32,684 bases of DNA from a virus (lineage: Duplodnaviria; Caudoviricetes): IMG/VR virus record IMGVR_UViG_3300013120_000186, positions 1 to 32,684 of that record; one strand, written 5' to 3'. Below the pieces are notes generated by a model. It was not told where the DNA came from and did not search any database. It saw only the letters and a list, made by a program, of their open reading frames with translations. The position numbers were made by a program, and so were the translations under genes. This document shows positions 1 through 7,607 of the stretch, in pieces. Each line of letters opens with the position of its first letter. Positions within the stretch are counted from its first letter, which is position 1.

Positions 1-119
1 CTATTCAGCGTGAACAATGTGTATCCCTCTCTTGCTATTCTTCACCCACGCCGCTCCGGTTATTCCCAGCCGGTATCCATTGTATGATATGGCTGGATTT
101 TTCTTCAGTTTATATCCGC
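1..119. repeat. Exact terminal direct repeat, copy 1 (circular contig overlap)
   Basis: 1-119 reads identical to 32566-32684. Confidence 0.97.
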
Positions 120-153
120 AAATCGTCATCCATAAATATCGCAACATCAACAT
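1..153 (-). CDS. Small hypothetical protein, 50 aa (MLMLRYLWMTICGYKLKKNPAISY...VHAE), below the ORF-track cutoff
   Basis: Manual translation: ATG at 153 overlaps the TAA of the upstream ORF (TAATG); TAG at 1-3. Confidence 0.5.
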   Translation of the reverse strand: MLMLRYLWMTICGYKLKKNPAISYNGYRLGITGAAWVKNSKRGIHIVHAE

Positions 154-416
154 TATCCACTCTCCTCTTCTCTCTCATATACCAGTTCCGGCTTTCCATC
201 TATTCTACCTCTGTAAATAGTGTGACTGATACCGTGTCCGTGATGTGGACGGAGTTCGATGAGACACATATCTCCTCCGGCACTCTTATCTTTCCAGATA
301 GACACCACCACCTTGCCATCCCAACTGGCCGCCTCCACTACCAATCCGCTCTTGGCTGAGCCGCACCGGCTGGCTTCTCCTCTGTTACCCTTTACAATCC
401 CTCTAAATGCAGCCAT
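153..416 (-). CDS. Hypothetical early protein, 87 aa
   Basis: GGAGG RBS; TAATG coupling to the upstream gene. Confidence 0.75.
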   Translation of the reverse strand: MAAFRGIVKGNRGEASRCGSAKSGLVVEAASWDGKVVVSIWKDKSAGGDMCLIELRPHHGHGISHTIYRGRIDGKPELVYEREEESG

Positions 417-625
417 TATTGACCCTCCTTTATTTTTGTAAACTCCTCTAAACTTCTATCCATCCTATTAAAGAACCTCTGCACACTCCGCATATCCGGT
501 TCACTCATCTTTATTACATCTGTTGCCCCTTGCTTATGGGCTCGCAATTCTCCAGTGTCGTCACTGTTTAGTGCTATATCTATATTCACACCATCACCTA
601 TCCATATCTGTCGCATCTGTTCCAT
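416..625 (-). CDS. Hypothetical early protein (likely start MEQMRQ at 625)
   Basis: GAGGAGGAG RBS then TAATG overlap at 625. Confidence 0.7.
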   Translation of the reverse strand: MEQMRQIWIGDGVNIDIALNSDDTGELRAHKQGATDVIKMSEPDMRSVQRFFNRMDRSLEEFTKIKEGQ

Positions 626-843
626 TACTCCTCCTCTCCAAGCATCCATTTATAGACACTCAAAATATTTTCGTCTTTGTCAATCATTGCCAGAATATCC
701 TCCATAGTTTCCAAAGTTATTCTCAATGAGTGTTTGTTCAAGGTGTCCATTTTATCCTTTGCGTACCGGAGTTTTTTATGATTTCTCTTTATCCGCTCCA
801 TTGCTGCCATCATTGCTTCTCTGGAGTGATTTTTTCTTTCCAT
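625..843 (-). CDS. Hypothetical helical protein, 72 aa; possibly the 3' part of a frameshifted gene starting at 883
   Basis: ORF fits the operon but has a weak RBS at 843; see the finding on the 10-bp duplication. Confidence 0.6.
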   Translation of the reverse strand: MERKNHSREAMMAAMERIKRNHKKLRYAKDKMDTLNKHSLRITLETMEDILAMIDKDENILSVYKWMLGEEE

Positions 844-848
844 ATTTA

Positions 849-870
849 CTGCTCTCTTCTGCTCTCTTCT
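849..870. repeat. 10-bp tandem duplication (CTGCTCTCTT x2.2)
   Basis: ctgctctctt ctgctctctt ct read directly. Confidence 0.9.
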
Positions 871-879
871 CCTGCTTTG

Positions 880-996
880 TCATTTCAGCTCTCCTCTGTT
901 TTGAGTATTATTACGCTCTCTGCTCTCGCACCGATTAACACCCCATAAACACCTCCTCTGCTGTCTTTGGGTATATCCCCATATATTTCTATTCAT
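880..996 (-). CDS. Small hypothetical peptide, 38 aa (MNRNIWGYTQRQQRR...)
   Basis: GGAGG RBS upstream; stop overlaps the ATG at 883 (ATGA). Confidence 0.4.
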   Translation of the reverse strand: MNRNIWGYTQRQQRRCLWGVNRCESRERNNTQNRGELK

Positions 997-1023
997 TATG
1001 TTCCCTCCGGTCTCTCGCAACAC

Positions 1024-2334
1024 TTATTCACCTCCCTTTGTTTCCGGAGATATAAGGAACATCGCAATGTCCACAGCCAAATCACCCAGAGCGGACTGAA
1101 ACTGACTGGAGCAATCGTGATAGCCAAGATGATAGTGGATTGTCTCGTGCATCATCGTGGACAGCGTCTGTTTCCGGCTCTGGAGTATTTTATTACTGAC
1201 CTTGATATACTTCTGATATACAGCCGCTCCGCAGGTTGTCCCCTCATCAAATTCCGTCACTCTTACATCCTTAATTTTTCTTCCAATTACCGCTTCTATA
1301 ATTTCCCTGCTCCACTGGAGGTTCTTGCGCTCTGCCAGTGTTAATGTATCCTTAGCAATCCGGCGGTCTGCCGCCTCATAAGATACACAGTCAGTGTCTT
1401 TTGGCAGAGCAGCTTTCAGCCACTCCACTTCTGTCTGGATGACTTTGTATCTGTTGTATTCCGCTCTGACAGTTGCGTCACCTCCGGTGGCCACGCAGAT
1501 TTTCTTAGTATCATAATATTTGGTCAGCCGGTTCAACCAAGTTCTGGGGTGCTTATATTCCCAATCCATATATCTGATTTTGTTCTCAAAAGTCTCTCTG
1601 TTTTCTGCCGCTGCCTCAATCAGCCGGTCAATGAACAAGTGGTCATCGCCAGCATCATATCTGCTCAACATTATCCGGTATATCTGGTGCTCAATAGCAG
1701 TCTCTGAAACTTCTCCAGTTATGGGGTTGGCACGCTCTATATTCAGATTGTATCCCACCGGTGAATCAATCCGACAGGTGAATATTCCCTTGATGAAAAT
1801 ACAACCGGAATAATCCACACGGTCATTGCCGGCTTTGCCTGTGATGAGATACCGCTGTCTGAAGTTATGGTAATTAGAAAATCCCAGAAAGTTTATTCTG
1901 TAATTTTTCTCTATTCCTTTAATGATGATTTTAGTTCCATTATACCGGTTGGCCAGCGGTGAATACTTGATTACCAGAATTTGAGTGTCAAACATTTCTT
2001 TCAGTTCCGGTTCCAATTTGAGTTTGTTGGTGTAAACTGTGACTGACTTTCCCTCTCTGAGAAGAGTGAGAAAAGCAAATTTCATACCCTCACCAAATTT
2101 GCCCACGGAGGTAATACCGTCTTTGCTGCTCTCACCGATGAGCAGGTGCCTCAGTTCTATGCCTCTGCCTTTGTCTCTGATTTTCTGTACTTTTGTTTCC
2201 GCATCATAACTCCACTCCACGCCACCAGCGTCAATAGCATTCTGTGTGAGTTCTCTCACCGCATCCCACTCAGTCCATTCACTCCGGTATTTTGTGGAGA
2301 CTGGATATTCAATTCTGCCTTTGTCCTTGTTCAT
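1024..2334 (-). CDS. GHKL (HATPase_c/MORC-like) ATPase fused to a C-terminal HEXXH zincin-like domain
   Basis: RELTQNAIDA (N box), DKGRGI (G1), GKFGEGMK (G2), NGTKIII (G3); C-terminal TMMHETIH; AGGAGG RBS. Confidence 0.85.
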   Translation of the reverse strand: MNKDKGRIEYPVSTKYRSEWTEWDAVRELTQNAIDAGGVEWSYDAETKVQKIRDKGRGIELRHLLIGESSKDGITSVGKFGEGMKFAFLTLLREGKSVTVYTNKLKLEPELKEMFDTQILVIKYSPLANRYNGTKIIIKGIEKNYRINFLGFSNYHNFRQRYLITGKAGNDRVDYSGCIFIKGIFTCRIDSPVGYNLNIERANPITGEVSETAIEHQIYRIMLSRYDAGDDHLFIDRLIEAAAENRETFENKIRYMDWEYKHPRTWLNRLTKYYDTKKICVATGGDATVRAEYNRYKVIQTEVEWLKAALPKDTDCVSYEAADRRIAKDTLTLAERKNLQWSREIIEAVIGRKIKDVRVTEFDEGTTCGAAVYQKYIKVSNKILQSRKQTLSTMMHETIHYHLGYHDCSSQFQSALGDLAVDIAMFLISPETKGGE

Positions 2335-2372
2335 TGTTTCCTCCTCTGTTTGTGTATGTTCCTTTCAAATAG

Positions 2373-2448
2373 TAACATAACACGAGGACATATATAATGT
2401 CAAGCCCCCTTTCAGATAGTGGCTATACACCACCCTCGTGTTTTGTTA
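2373..2448. repeat. 15-bp inverted repeat (14/15) bracketing the promoter
   Basis: TAACATAACACGAGG (2373-2387) versus CCTCGTGTTTTGTTA (2434-2448). Confidence 0.8.
2374..2403 (-). promoter_or_regulatory. Sigma70-type early promoter
   Basis: Minus strand TTGACA-18 bp-TATGTT with extended TG, 40 bp upstream of the GHKL start. Confidence 0.65.
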
Positions 2449-2464
2449 TTTTTTTGCCGGCTGT

Positions 2465-2821
2465 TTACTCGGTTGGCTTTTCCGTCTTTGAAATTACGCC
2501 AGCAGATTTCAGCACTTCCAGCACCTCCGGTACGCTCCGGCATACTGCTGTTTTCCAGCCGGCTCCGGACAGTCTGGTGAGCCACTGTTTTTGCTCTGGG
2601 GTTATCCGGTTCTTTCCATACTTCAATTCTATTGCGATGAGCGGCTGGAATATCAGAACATCCGGCACCCCTCTCTTCAGTCCTGCTCTCTTTAATCGTG
2701 CCCCTGCTCTTGGTGACCGCTTTCCCTCATTTGGACAGTGACACCATAATAGGTTCAATGTATCTAATAGCCGTGCCACCTCATTCTGTAAATCATTCTC
2801 ACTCCGGATAATCACACACAC
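2465..2821 (-). CDS. VRR-NUC domain nuclease (Holliday junction resolvase-like)
   Basis: SENDLQ...HCPNEGKR...GVPDVLI...IELK...ITPEQKQWL PD-(D/E)XK pattern. Confidence 0.9.
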   Translation of the reverse strand: MCVIIRSENDLQNEVARLLDTLNLLWCHCPNEGKRSPRAGARLKRAGLKRGVPDVLIFQPLIAIELKYGKNRITPEQKQWLTRLSGAGWKTAVCRSVPEVLEVLKSAGVISKTEKPTE

Positions 2822-2847
2822 CTCTCTCCTCCGGTTCTTATACCGGT

Positions 2848-2892
2848 TCTAATCTCCTCTCCTCTTATCTCCTCTAATCTAATCTAATCTCC
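2848..2892. repeat. Nine tandem TCTNN pentamers
   Basis: tctaa tctcc tctcc tctta tctcc tctaa tctaa tctaa tctcc. Confidence 0.9.
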
Positions 2893-2896
2893 CCAC

Positions 2897-2962
2897 CATT
2901 GCTAAAATTGTGCTGGAGCATTGCTGAAGCATTGCTGGAGCATTGCTGAAATTATGCTAATT
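2897..2962. repeat. Six 11-bp iteron-like repeats (consensus CATTGCTGRAG); putative replication origin
   Basis: cattgctaaaa ttgtgctggag cattgctgaag cattgctggag cattgctgaaa ttatgctaatt, with TGCT at a strict 11-bp period; origin function is inferred. Confidence 0.75.
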
Positions 2963-3059
2963 TTCCTCCACTACCTCCGGAGTGAAAACTGTCATTAATC
3001 CCACCTATACCCACGATAATAAATCAACCGTTCAGAAGCAAATCTGCGATTTTTGGAAG

Positions 3060-3177
3060 TACCCCAGAATGCTCATAAACCCATTTTTTATGGCGATAGT
3101 GCGGTTCAACCCCATAAGTGAAACAAAATCTATTCACCCACTCACAAAGATTGGCATATGATGTGTTTCTCCAATTT
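3060..3177. repeat. Dispersed 118-bp direct repeat, copy A
   Basis: Ungapped hand alignment to 24389-24506 gives about 93/118 identity, with exact blocks TACCCCAGAATGCTCATAAA and CAACCCCATAAGTGAAACAA. Confidence 0.92.
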
Positions 3178-3187
3178 CCACTATATT

Positions 3188-3316
3188 AAAACGCTAATAA
3201 AACGCTGTTCAGATTTTACTAAAACCCATATGAATGGTGGCTATACACCACTTCTCTCCACTTTTGCCAAAAATAGTTTTAATTTTAGTGTGCGAACGGC
3301 GTTTTATTAGTGTTTT
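3188..3316. other. Long stem-loop: 23-bp arms around a structured 83-nt interior
   Basis: AAAACGCTAATAAAACGCTGTTC (3188-3210) pairs with GAACGGCGTTTTATTAGTGTTTT (3294-3316); 21 Watson-Crick plus 2 G-T pairs on the plus strand. Confidence 0.8.
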
Positions 3317-3331
3317 TTAGTACCGGATTTT

Positions 3332-3988
3332 TCACAATTCTAATGAGATATTTGCTGAAAAGTGAGGTGCATTTTCACTGCCAAATCTGTATCCAAATCC
3401 GGCTCCAATCGCAACTCCACTCCAGACATTTTTACTCATTCGCAGTTCCGGTGAAATCCATTTTCCGGTCAATCCCACAGTGCCGGATATTGACAAATTC
3501 ACCTCAGATATTTCTGCGAACCGGTACGCAACACCGGCTCCAAAGCGGTCAATTTCAGAGTTTGTAATGCTGAAAATCACCTGCCAATTCCGCTCCGGTA
3601 CTTCTCGTGAATACCATTCCACTCCGGTAATTTCAACCGGAATTGAATCAATTTCCAAAACAACCTCCGGTGGCTCATTATCTCCTACAGAGACATAAAC
3701 CTCAACTGAAATTGTATCTTCTGGTGAGATTATCGTGTCCGGTGAATACTCTCCGGAGCCGTGAATGATGATGTCCGGTTCCTGCGGTGCGATTATTACA
3801 GTGTCTCCGGTGGTGCTTATCAAGAGTTCTTGTTTGGGTGAATATAAATCCTTGCGATTGGGCTGTTTTGGCGTTATATCGCACTTATGGGGTATTATCA
3901 GCCATACTACCAACAATACGGCTCCCAGAACCGCCCAGAGTGATACATTGAATTTCCACTCTATTTTGTTTGTATTTTTCGGAGCCAT
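3332..3988 (-). CDS. Membrane-anchored lysis-cassette protein, spanin candidate
   Basis: N-terminal TM helix (VSLWAVLGAVLLVVWLII); Pro/acidic linker; C-terminal amphipathic Gly/aromatic beta-strands; follows the endolysin. Confidence 0.55.
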   Translation of the reverse strand: MAPKNTNKIEWKFNVSLWAVLGAVLLVVWLIIPHKCDITPKQPNRKDLYSPKQELLISTTGDTVIIAPQEPDIIIHGSGEYSPDTIISPEDTISVEVYVSVGDNEPPEVVLEIDSIPVEITGVEWYSREVPERNWQVIFSITNSEIDRFGAGVAYRFAEISEVNLSISGTVGLTGKWISPELRMSKNVWSGVAIGAGFGYRFGSENAPHFSANISLEL

Positions 3989-4455
3989 AAATTGAATTCC
4001 ACTACCCTCCGGATATAAGGCAAAGCACGGTACAAATTATATTCCGGACAGTCTGTATTACACTTGGGCATATCCTTATGCCCCAAGATAGCAGCCACTG
4101 GCAATTCATAATCGTAACAGAGCCGTGAACACAGGTCAATCAACGCTCCCATTTGCCTGCCGGTTGGTATCTCCTCTTTGAATGAACCTATTAGACAAAT
4201 GCCAACGCTCTCGTGATTATGCCCTCTGGCTTGTGCACCCATATACTTGATATCCCTGCCGATATGTATTTCACCATCTTCACCGGCTTTCCAGTTTCCA
4301 TTCTTTCTGCCGTTGGTAATGATATAATGATAACCGATATCACTCCACCCATTCCTGTCCACGTGGAGATAACGGATAAAATCAGTGCTGCCACCAGTGC
4401 TCTCTGAATGGTGGATAACTATGTATTTCACTTTCTGTGGGTCAAGTCTATTCAT
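3961..4455 (-). CDS. Endolysin, N-acetylmuramoyl-L-alanine amidase (Amidase_2, T7 lysozyme/PGRP-like); likely start MNRLDP at 4455
   Basis: YIVIHHS, GWSDIGYHYII, GAQARGHN, SVGICLIG, ILGHKD...TDCP zinc-amidase motifs. Confidence 0.93.
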   Translation of the reverse strand: MNRLDPQKVKYIVIHHSESTGGSTDFIRYLHVDRNGWSDIGYHYIITNGRKNGNWKAGEDGEIHIGRDIKYMGAQARGHNHESVGICLIGSFKEEIPTGRQMGALIDLCSRLCYDYELPVAAILGHKDMPKCNTDCPEYNLYRALPYIRRVVEFNLWLRKIQTK

Positions 4456-4627
4456 TATGCGGTCTCCAACTCTCAAAACCGCAATAAGCCACCAGAAGAG
4501 CATATTGAAATGGAGCCACAGCCACAGCGGTCTCTGCATCCGTGAATAGTAGTATCAGCCACACCACCATAGTTATGCCCACTACTGTCAGCCGTTTACT
4601 CCACGCTTTCCTCATCCACTGTATCAT
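4448..4627 (-). CDS. Putative holin, 59 aa, two hydrophobic segments (missed by the ORF track)
   Basis: Manual translation MIQWMRKAWSKRLTVVGITMVVWLILLFTDAETAVAVAPFQYALLVAYCGFESWRPHNE; ATGA overlap with the upstream gene; directly precedes the endolysin. Confidence 0.7.
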   Translation of the reverse strand: MIQWMRKAWSKRLTVVGITMVVWLILLFTDAETAVAVAPFQYALLVAYCGFESWRPHNE

Positions 4628-4914
4628 TTTTTTAATCCCTCTCGCAGAAAATGGTCGTGGAGTTCCTTCACATTCTTTGCCATTTCTCCGGTTAATGTTT
4701 TCAGCGTAATCAAATCTGTTTCCACGGTATCAATATCAGCATCCTGTTCACGCTGATTCTGCCATAGCAGGTCTATGTCATCAGCGTTATGCTCCACCTG
4801 CTGTTCTATCTTGCCCAGTAGTTTTCCCTGCTTATGAGCAAGGTTAAGCATACTCAATGCCAGCCCAAAGAAAGCAATGGCGGCTGATACCGCCCCGATG
4901 ATAGATGCTGTCAT
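4624..4914 (-). CDS. Single-TM coiled-coil protein (holin/antiholin-like)
   Basis: N-terminal hydrophobic helix then heptad-rich region, inside the lysis cassette. Confidence 0.6.
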   Translation of the reverse strand: MTASIIGAVSAAIAFFGLALSMLNLAHKQGKLLGKIEQQVEHNADDIDLLWQNQREQDADIDTVETDLITLKTLTGEMAKNVKELHDHFLREGLKK

Positions 4915-5051
4915 TTACTCTTCTCTTTCTTCAGTTGTTTTTTCAGTGTAGTCATCTGTCTCTTCAGAGACACTATCTGATTACCCTGCGATGTCAATAC
5001 TGCCTCTAACATCTGTATTCTTGCCATAATGTTTCTCTCACCTTTAGTCAT
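4911..5051 (-). CDS. Small basic coiled-coil protein, 46 aa (MTKGERNIMARIQMLEAVL...)
   Basis: AGGAGGTGA RBS; ATGA overlap with the next gene; manual translation. Confidence 0.65.
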   Translation of the reverse strand: MTKGERNIMARIQMLEAVLTSQGNQIVSLKRQMTTLKKQLKKEKSK

Positions 5052-5063
5052 CACTCACCTCCT

Positions 5064-7607
5064 CTAAGGATAGTATTCATCAATTCCATTTTTGCCCATC
5101 AACTGTTCTGCCGGAAAATATTCGCCGTCACTCCGGAGTAGCCACCGGAGGCAGCCCACCATATGCTCACTATAAGTTGGTGTTGTTATAAATGCCTCAT
5201 TAAATCCAGATTTGGACACGGTTATATCTCCAATGAGTGTCTGATTGAAATAGAACCGGAGTGTATTATTCATCCACTGTAAACCCACAGCATAATCTCT
5301 AAGTGTATCACTTATATCTCCAGTCCACGGAGTACCAATGCCAGCCGGCATTAATACTATATCTTCCCAAGTAACTGTTACCGCTTTCCAGTCCAGAGTA
5401 TGCCCCACATACAGTTGATTTTCCACGCAGGAGTGTCTTGTTAACGGCGGCACTGTCCACACCTGTTCCGGTCTCTTTATTCCAAACACCACTGCCTCAT
5501 CTGAGCCGGCTTTCCCAAATCTAAAGAGCGGATTGTATAAAATATCTTGATTCAGAAACATCGTGGGGTCAGTGTCCTGCTCACCGATTATACCCACTAT
5601 GAAATCCACGAGGTCACAGTCATTCGCTGAGGCACTCGTGGGTGCAAACGCCACCGGTGCCTCCACACAGTCCACCTCATTTGAATACCCCAGCAATGCC
5701 CCACGCCAGTCTGCGTGAATAATACTATTCATACCGCCGCTCAGTGTCCAAGTACCTCCGGAGCCCAGCCACGAATTATCCTCACCATTCCACACTCCCA
5801 GATTTGTCCACTTCTCCCATCGCCAGATACCTTGAACACCAGTATCTTCAAAAGTGGAGTGGATGCCTATATTGTCCGGATAGTGTAACAATTCCACTTC
5901 GTATTTTCCAGCGGTTGGGTCACCATTTATCTCTGTTATCAAAAATACAGTTTCATCCAAATCGTAGCAGTCAGCGGTCACTCTTATCTGGTCACCGCAC
6001 TCCCAAGCAGCCGCCCTCATCCCCACGGTCACTTGGAGCCGGTACCTTGAACCTGTTAACCGCTGTGCGAGTTGAGCGGCAATCCCATCCCTTGCCAATT
6101 CATAGTCATTAAACTCCACCCCTCTAATCGCACCGGTTTCATACACCCTGTCCACTTCGTCCTCTGATACCGGTAAATCACCGGTGGAGAAGTGATTGCC
6201 GTGTAATCCTCCGGTGCCCTCTATGGTGACACGATTGTATCTGTCCAGCGGTCTGTCTTTCCGGAATTTGCTATCAGAGGTATCATCCATATTCAATGCC
6301 CATACTTTCATTGACGGTCTGTACACCGCTGGGTGCCACAATACAATAGCATCGTCCACCCCTCTCGTGATACCTAATGCGTGCCTAATACCATTGCCCT
6401 GTATAAGTGTTGATATAGTTTCATCCTCTATTTCAGCAGTGGTATAGGTCACCTCTGGCCATACAGTTCCCAGCCGGTTCATTATCCAGACAATATCATT
6501 ATACCGGAACCGCTGCCACCTCAAACCGCCGCCATTTACTAACTGGTCAATAAGCACCCACGGTGAAGGTTCTCCATCTATCTCCACATTCTCAAATCCC
6601 ATAATGTTATCACGATAATCTGGGATGCGGTTTAATGCCTGCTTCAAAGGACATTCTAATGAAATTTCCTGCCGGTTCCGGAGCCGGTCTGCTTCTCCAA
6701 TTATTGCGAGTTCCTTAGCAATCACCGCCGGCTCTTCTGATTGATACATCTGGGTGAAAGATACCTCCAATAATTCTCCTCTGTAATCTTGAATGTCAGT
6801 ATCTTCTCTGGACAGCACTAAAGAACCTCTGGAACCATAATCCATTTTCCAACTCTCTGGCCACTGTGATTTTCTGGACAGCACGGATGATAGAGAAGTG
6901 CCTGCCGCCGGCTCCAGTGAAATATCATCCTCTGCCGGTAACATTACAGAACGCTTTATGGTAGCATCTATTGTGTAAGTGCTGGTGCTGTTTCCCAGCC
7001 GGTTATACTCCTCTGTCGTCAGTTCCGGTCTCACTGTAGCATCTGCCTCCTCAGTGTCACTGAAACTGTACTGTAAATACGCTCTGCCGGTGGGTGCTGG
7101 AGAGTGGAGTATATGCACGCTTCTCCGGTGATTACCTCCGGTGCGTGCCCTTATCATCAGCCCATTAGTGTTCCGGAGATATTCGCTGTCCAATCCGGAC
7201 ATATCAAAACAGCACCAGTTTGCTCTCCGGATTGGCAGTAATGATATACCGCTCTGCCACGCTCCCAGTGTTAACGCCATCATCTGTGCCTGTGTATAAG
7301 AGGTGTTCCACGGGTCATTTATTTTGGCTATCTCATAAGCATTACCGCCATCGGTGGCAAGGTTCTTCACGCACACAAATAATAGGCAATCTATTTCAGC
7401 GGAGGTTCCTGCGGTCACCCAGTCTGGAGCCGCTGTCTCAAATTGCAGTGCGGTTCTGGCTACTTCACCAGAGGTCTCTTGGGCATTAGAGGACACCACC
7501 AGCCCCTCACCCTCCGTAAATATCTTTCCACCCAGTTGTGTCTGAAATGAAAGAGCATACCGGAGGTCAATTTGGTATGTATTCCGTGCCGGTGATTTAG
7601 TGGGCAT
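5064..7607 (-). CDS. Tail tip/hub and receptor-binding protein, 847 aa
   Basis: Position after the tape measure and distal tail genes; hub-like motif AWECGDQIRVT...FLITEI; N-terminus resembles DNRLRE/CBM96 domains; C-terminus is LamG/ConA-like (YAVGLQWMNNTLRFYFNQTLIG). Confidence 0.7.
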   Translation of the reverse strand: MPTKSPARNTYQIDLRYALSFQTQLGGKIFTEGEGLVVSSNAQETSGEVARTALQFETAAPDWVTAGTSAEIDCLLFVCVKNLATDGGNAYEIAKINDPWNTSYTQAQMMALTLGAWQSGISLLPIRRANWCCFDMSGLDSEYLRNTNGLMIRARTGGNHRRSVHILHSPAPTGRAYLQYSFSDTEEADATVRPELTTEEYNRLGNSTSTYTIDATIKRSVMLPAEDDISLEPAAGTSLSSVLSRKSQWPESWKMDYGSRGSLVLSREDTDIQDYRGELLEVSFTQMYQSEEPAVIAKELAIIGEADRLRNRQEISLECPLKQALNRIPDYRDNIMGFENVEIDGEPSPWVLIDQLVNGGGLRWQRFRYNDIVWIMNRLGTVWPEVTYTTAEIEDETISTLIQGNGIRHALGITRGVDDAIVLWHPAVYRPSMKVWALNMDDTSDSKFRKDRPLDRYNRVTIEGTGGLHGNHFSTGDLPVSEDEVDRVYETGAIRGVEFNDYELARDGIAAQLAQRLTGSRYRLQVTVGMRAAAWECGDQIRVTADCYDLDETVFLITEINGDPTAGKYEVELLHYPDNIGIHSTFEDTGVQGIWRWEKWTNLGVWNGEDNSWLGSGGTWTLSGGMNSIIHADWRGALLGYSNEVDCVEAPVAFAPTSASANDCDLVDFIVGIIGEQDTDPTMFLNQDILYNPLFRFGKAGSDEAVVFGIKRPEQVWTVPPLTRHSCVENQLYVGHTLDWKAVTVTWEDIVLMPAGIGTPWTGDISDTLRDYAVGLQWMNNTLRFYFNQTLIGDITVSKSGFNEAFITTPTYSEHMVGCLRWLLRSDGEYFPAEQLMGKNGIDEYYP

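Noticed and set aside
2848-2962. Repeats as a CRISPR array
   Set aside because: Units are 5 and 11 bp, contiguous, with no spacers
4456-4539. Hydrophobic N-terminal extension (SAR or signal) on the endolysin
   Set aside because: It is the off-frame reading of the holin gene; ATG 4455 is the more plausible start
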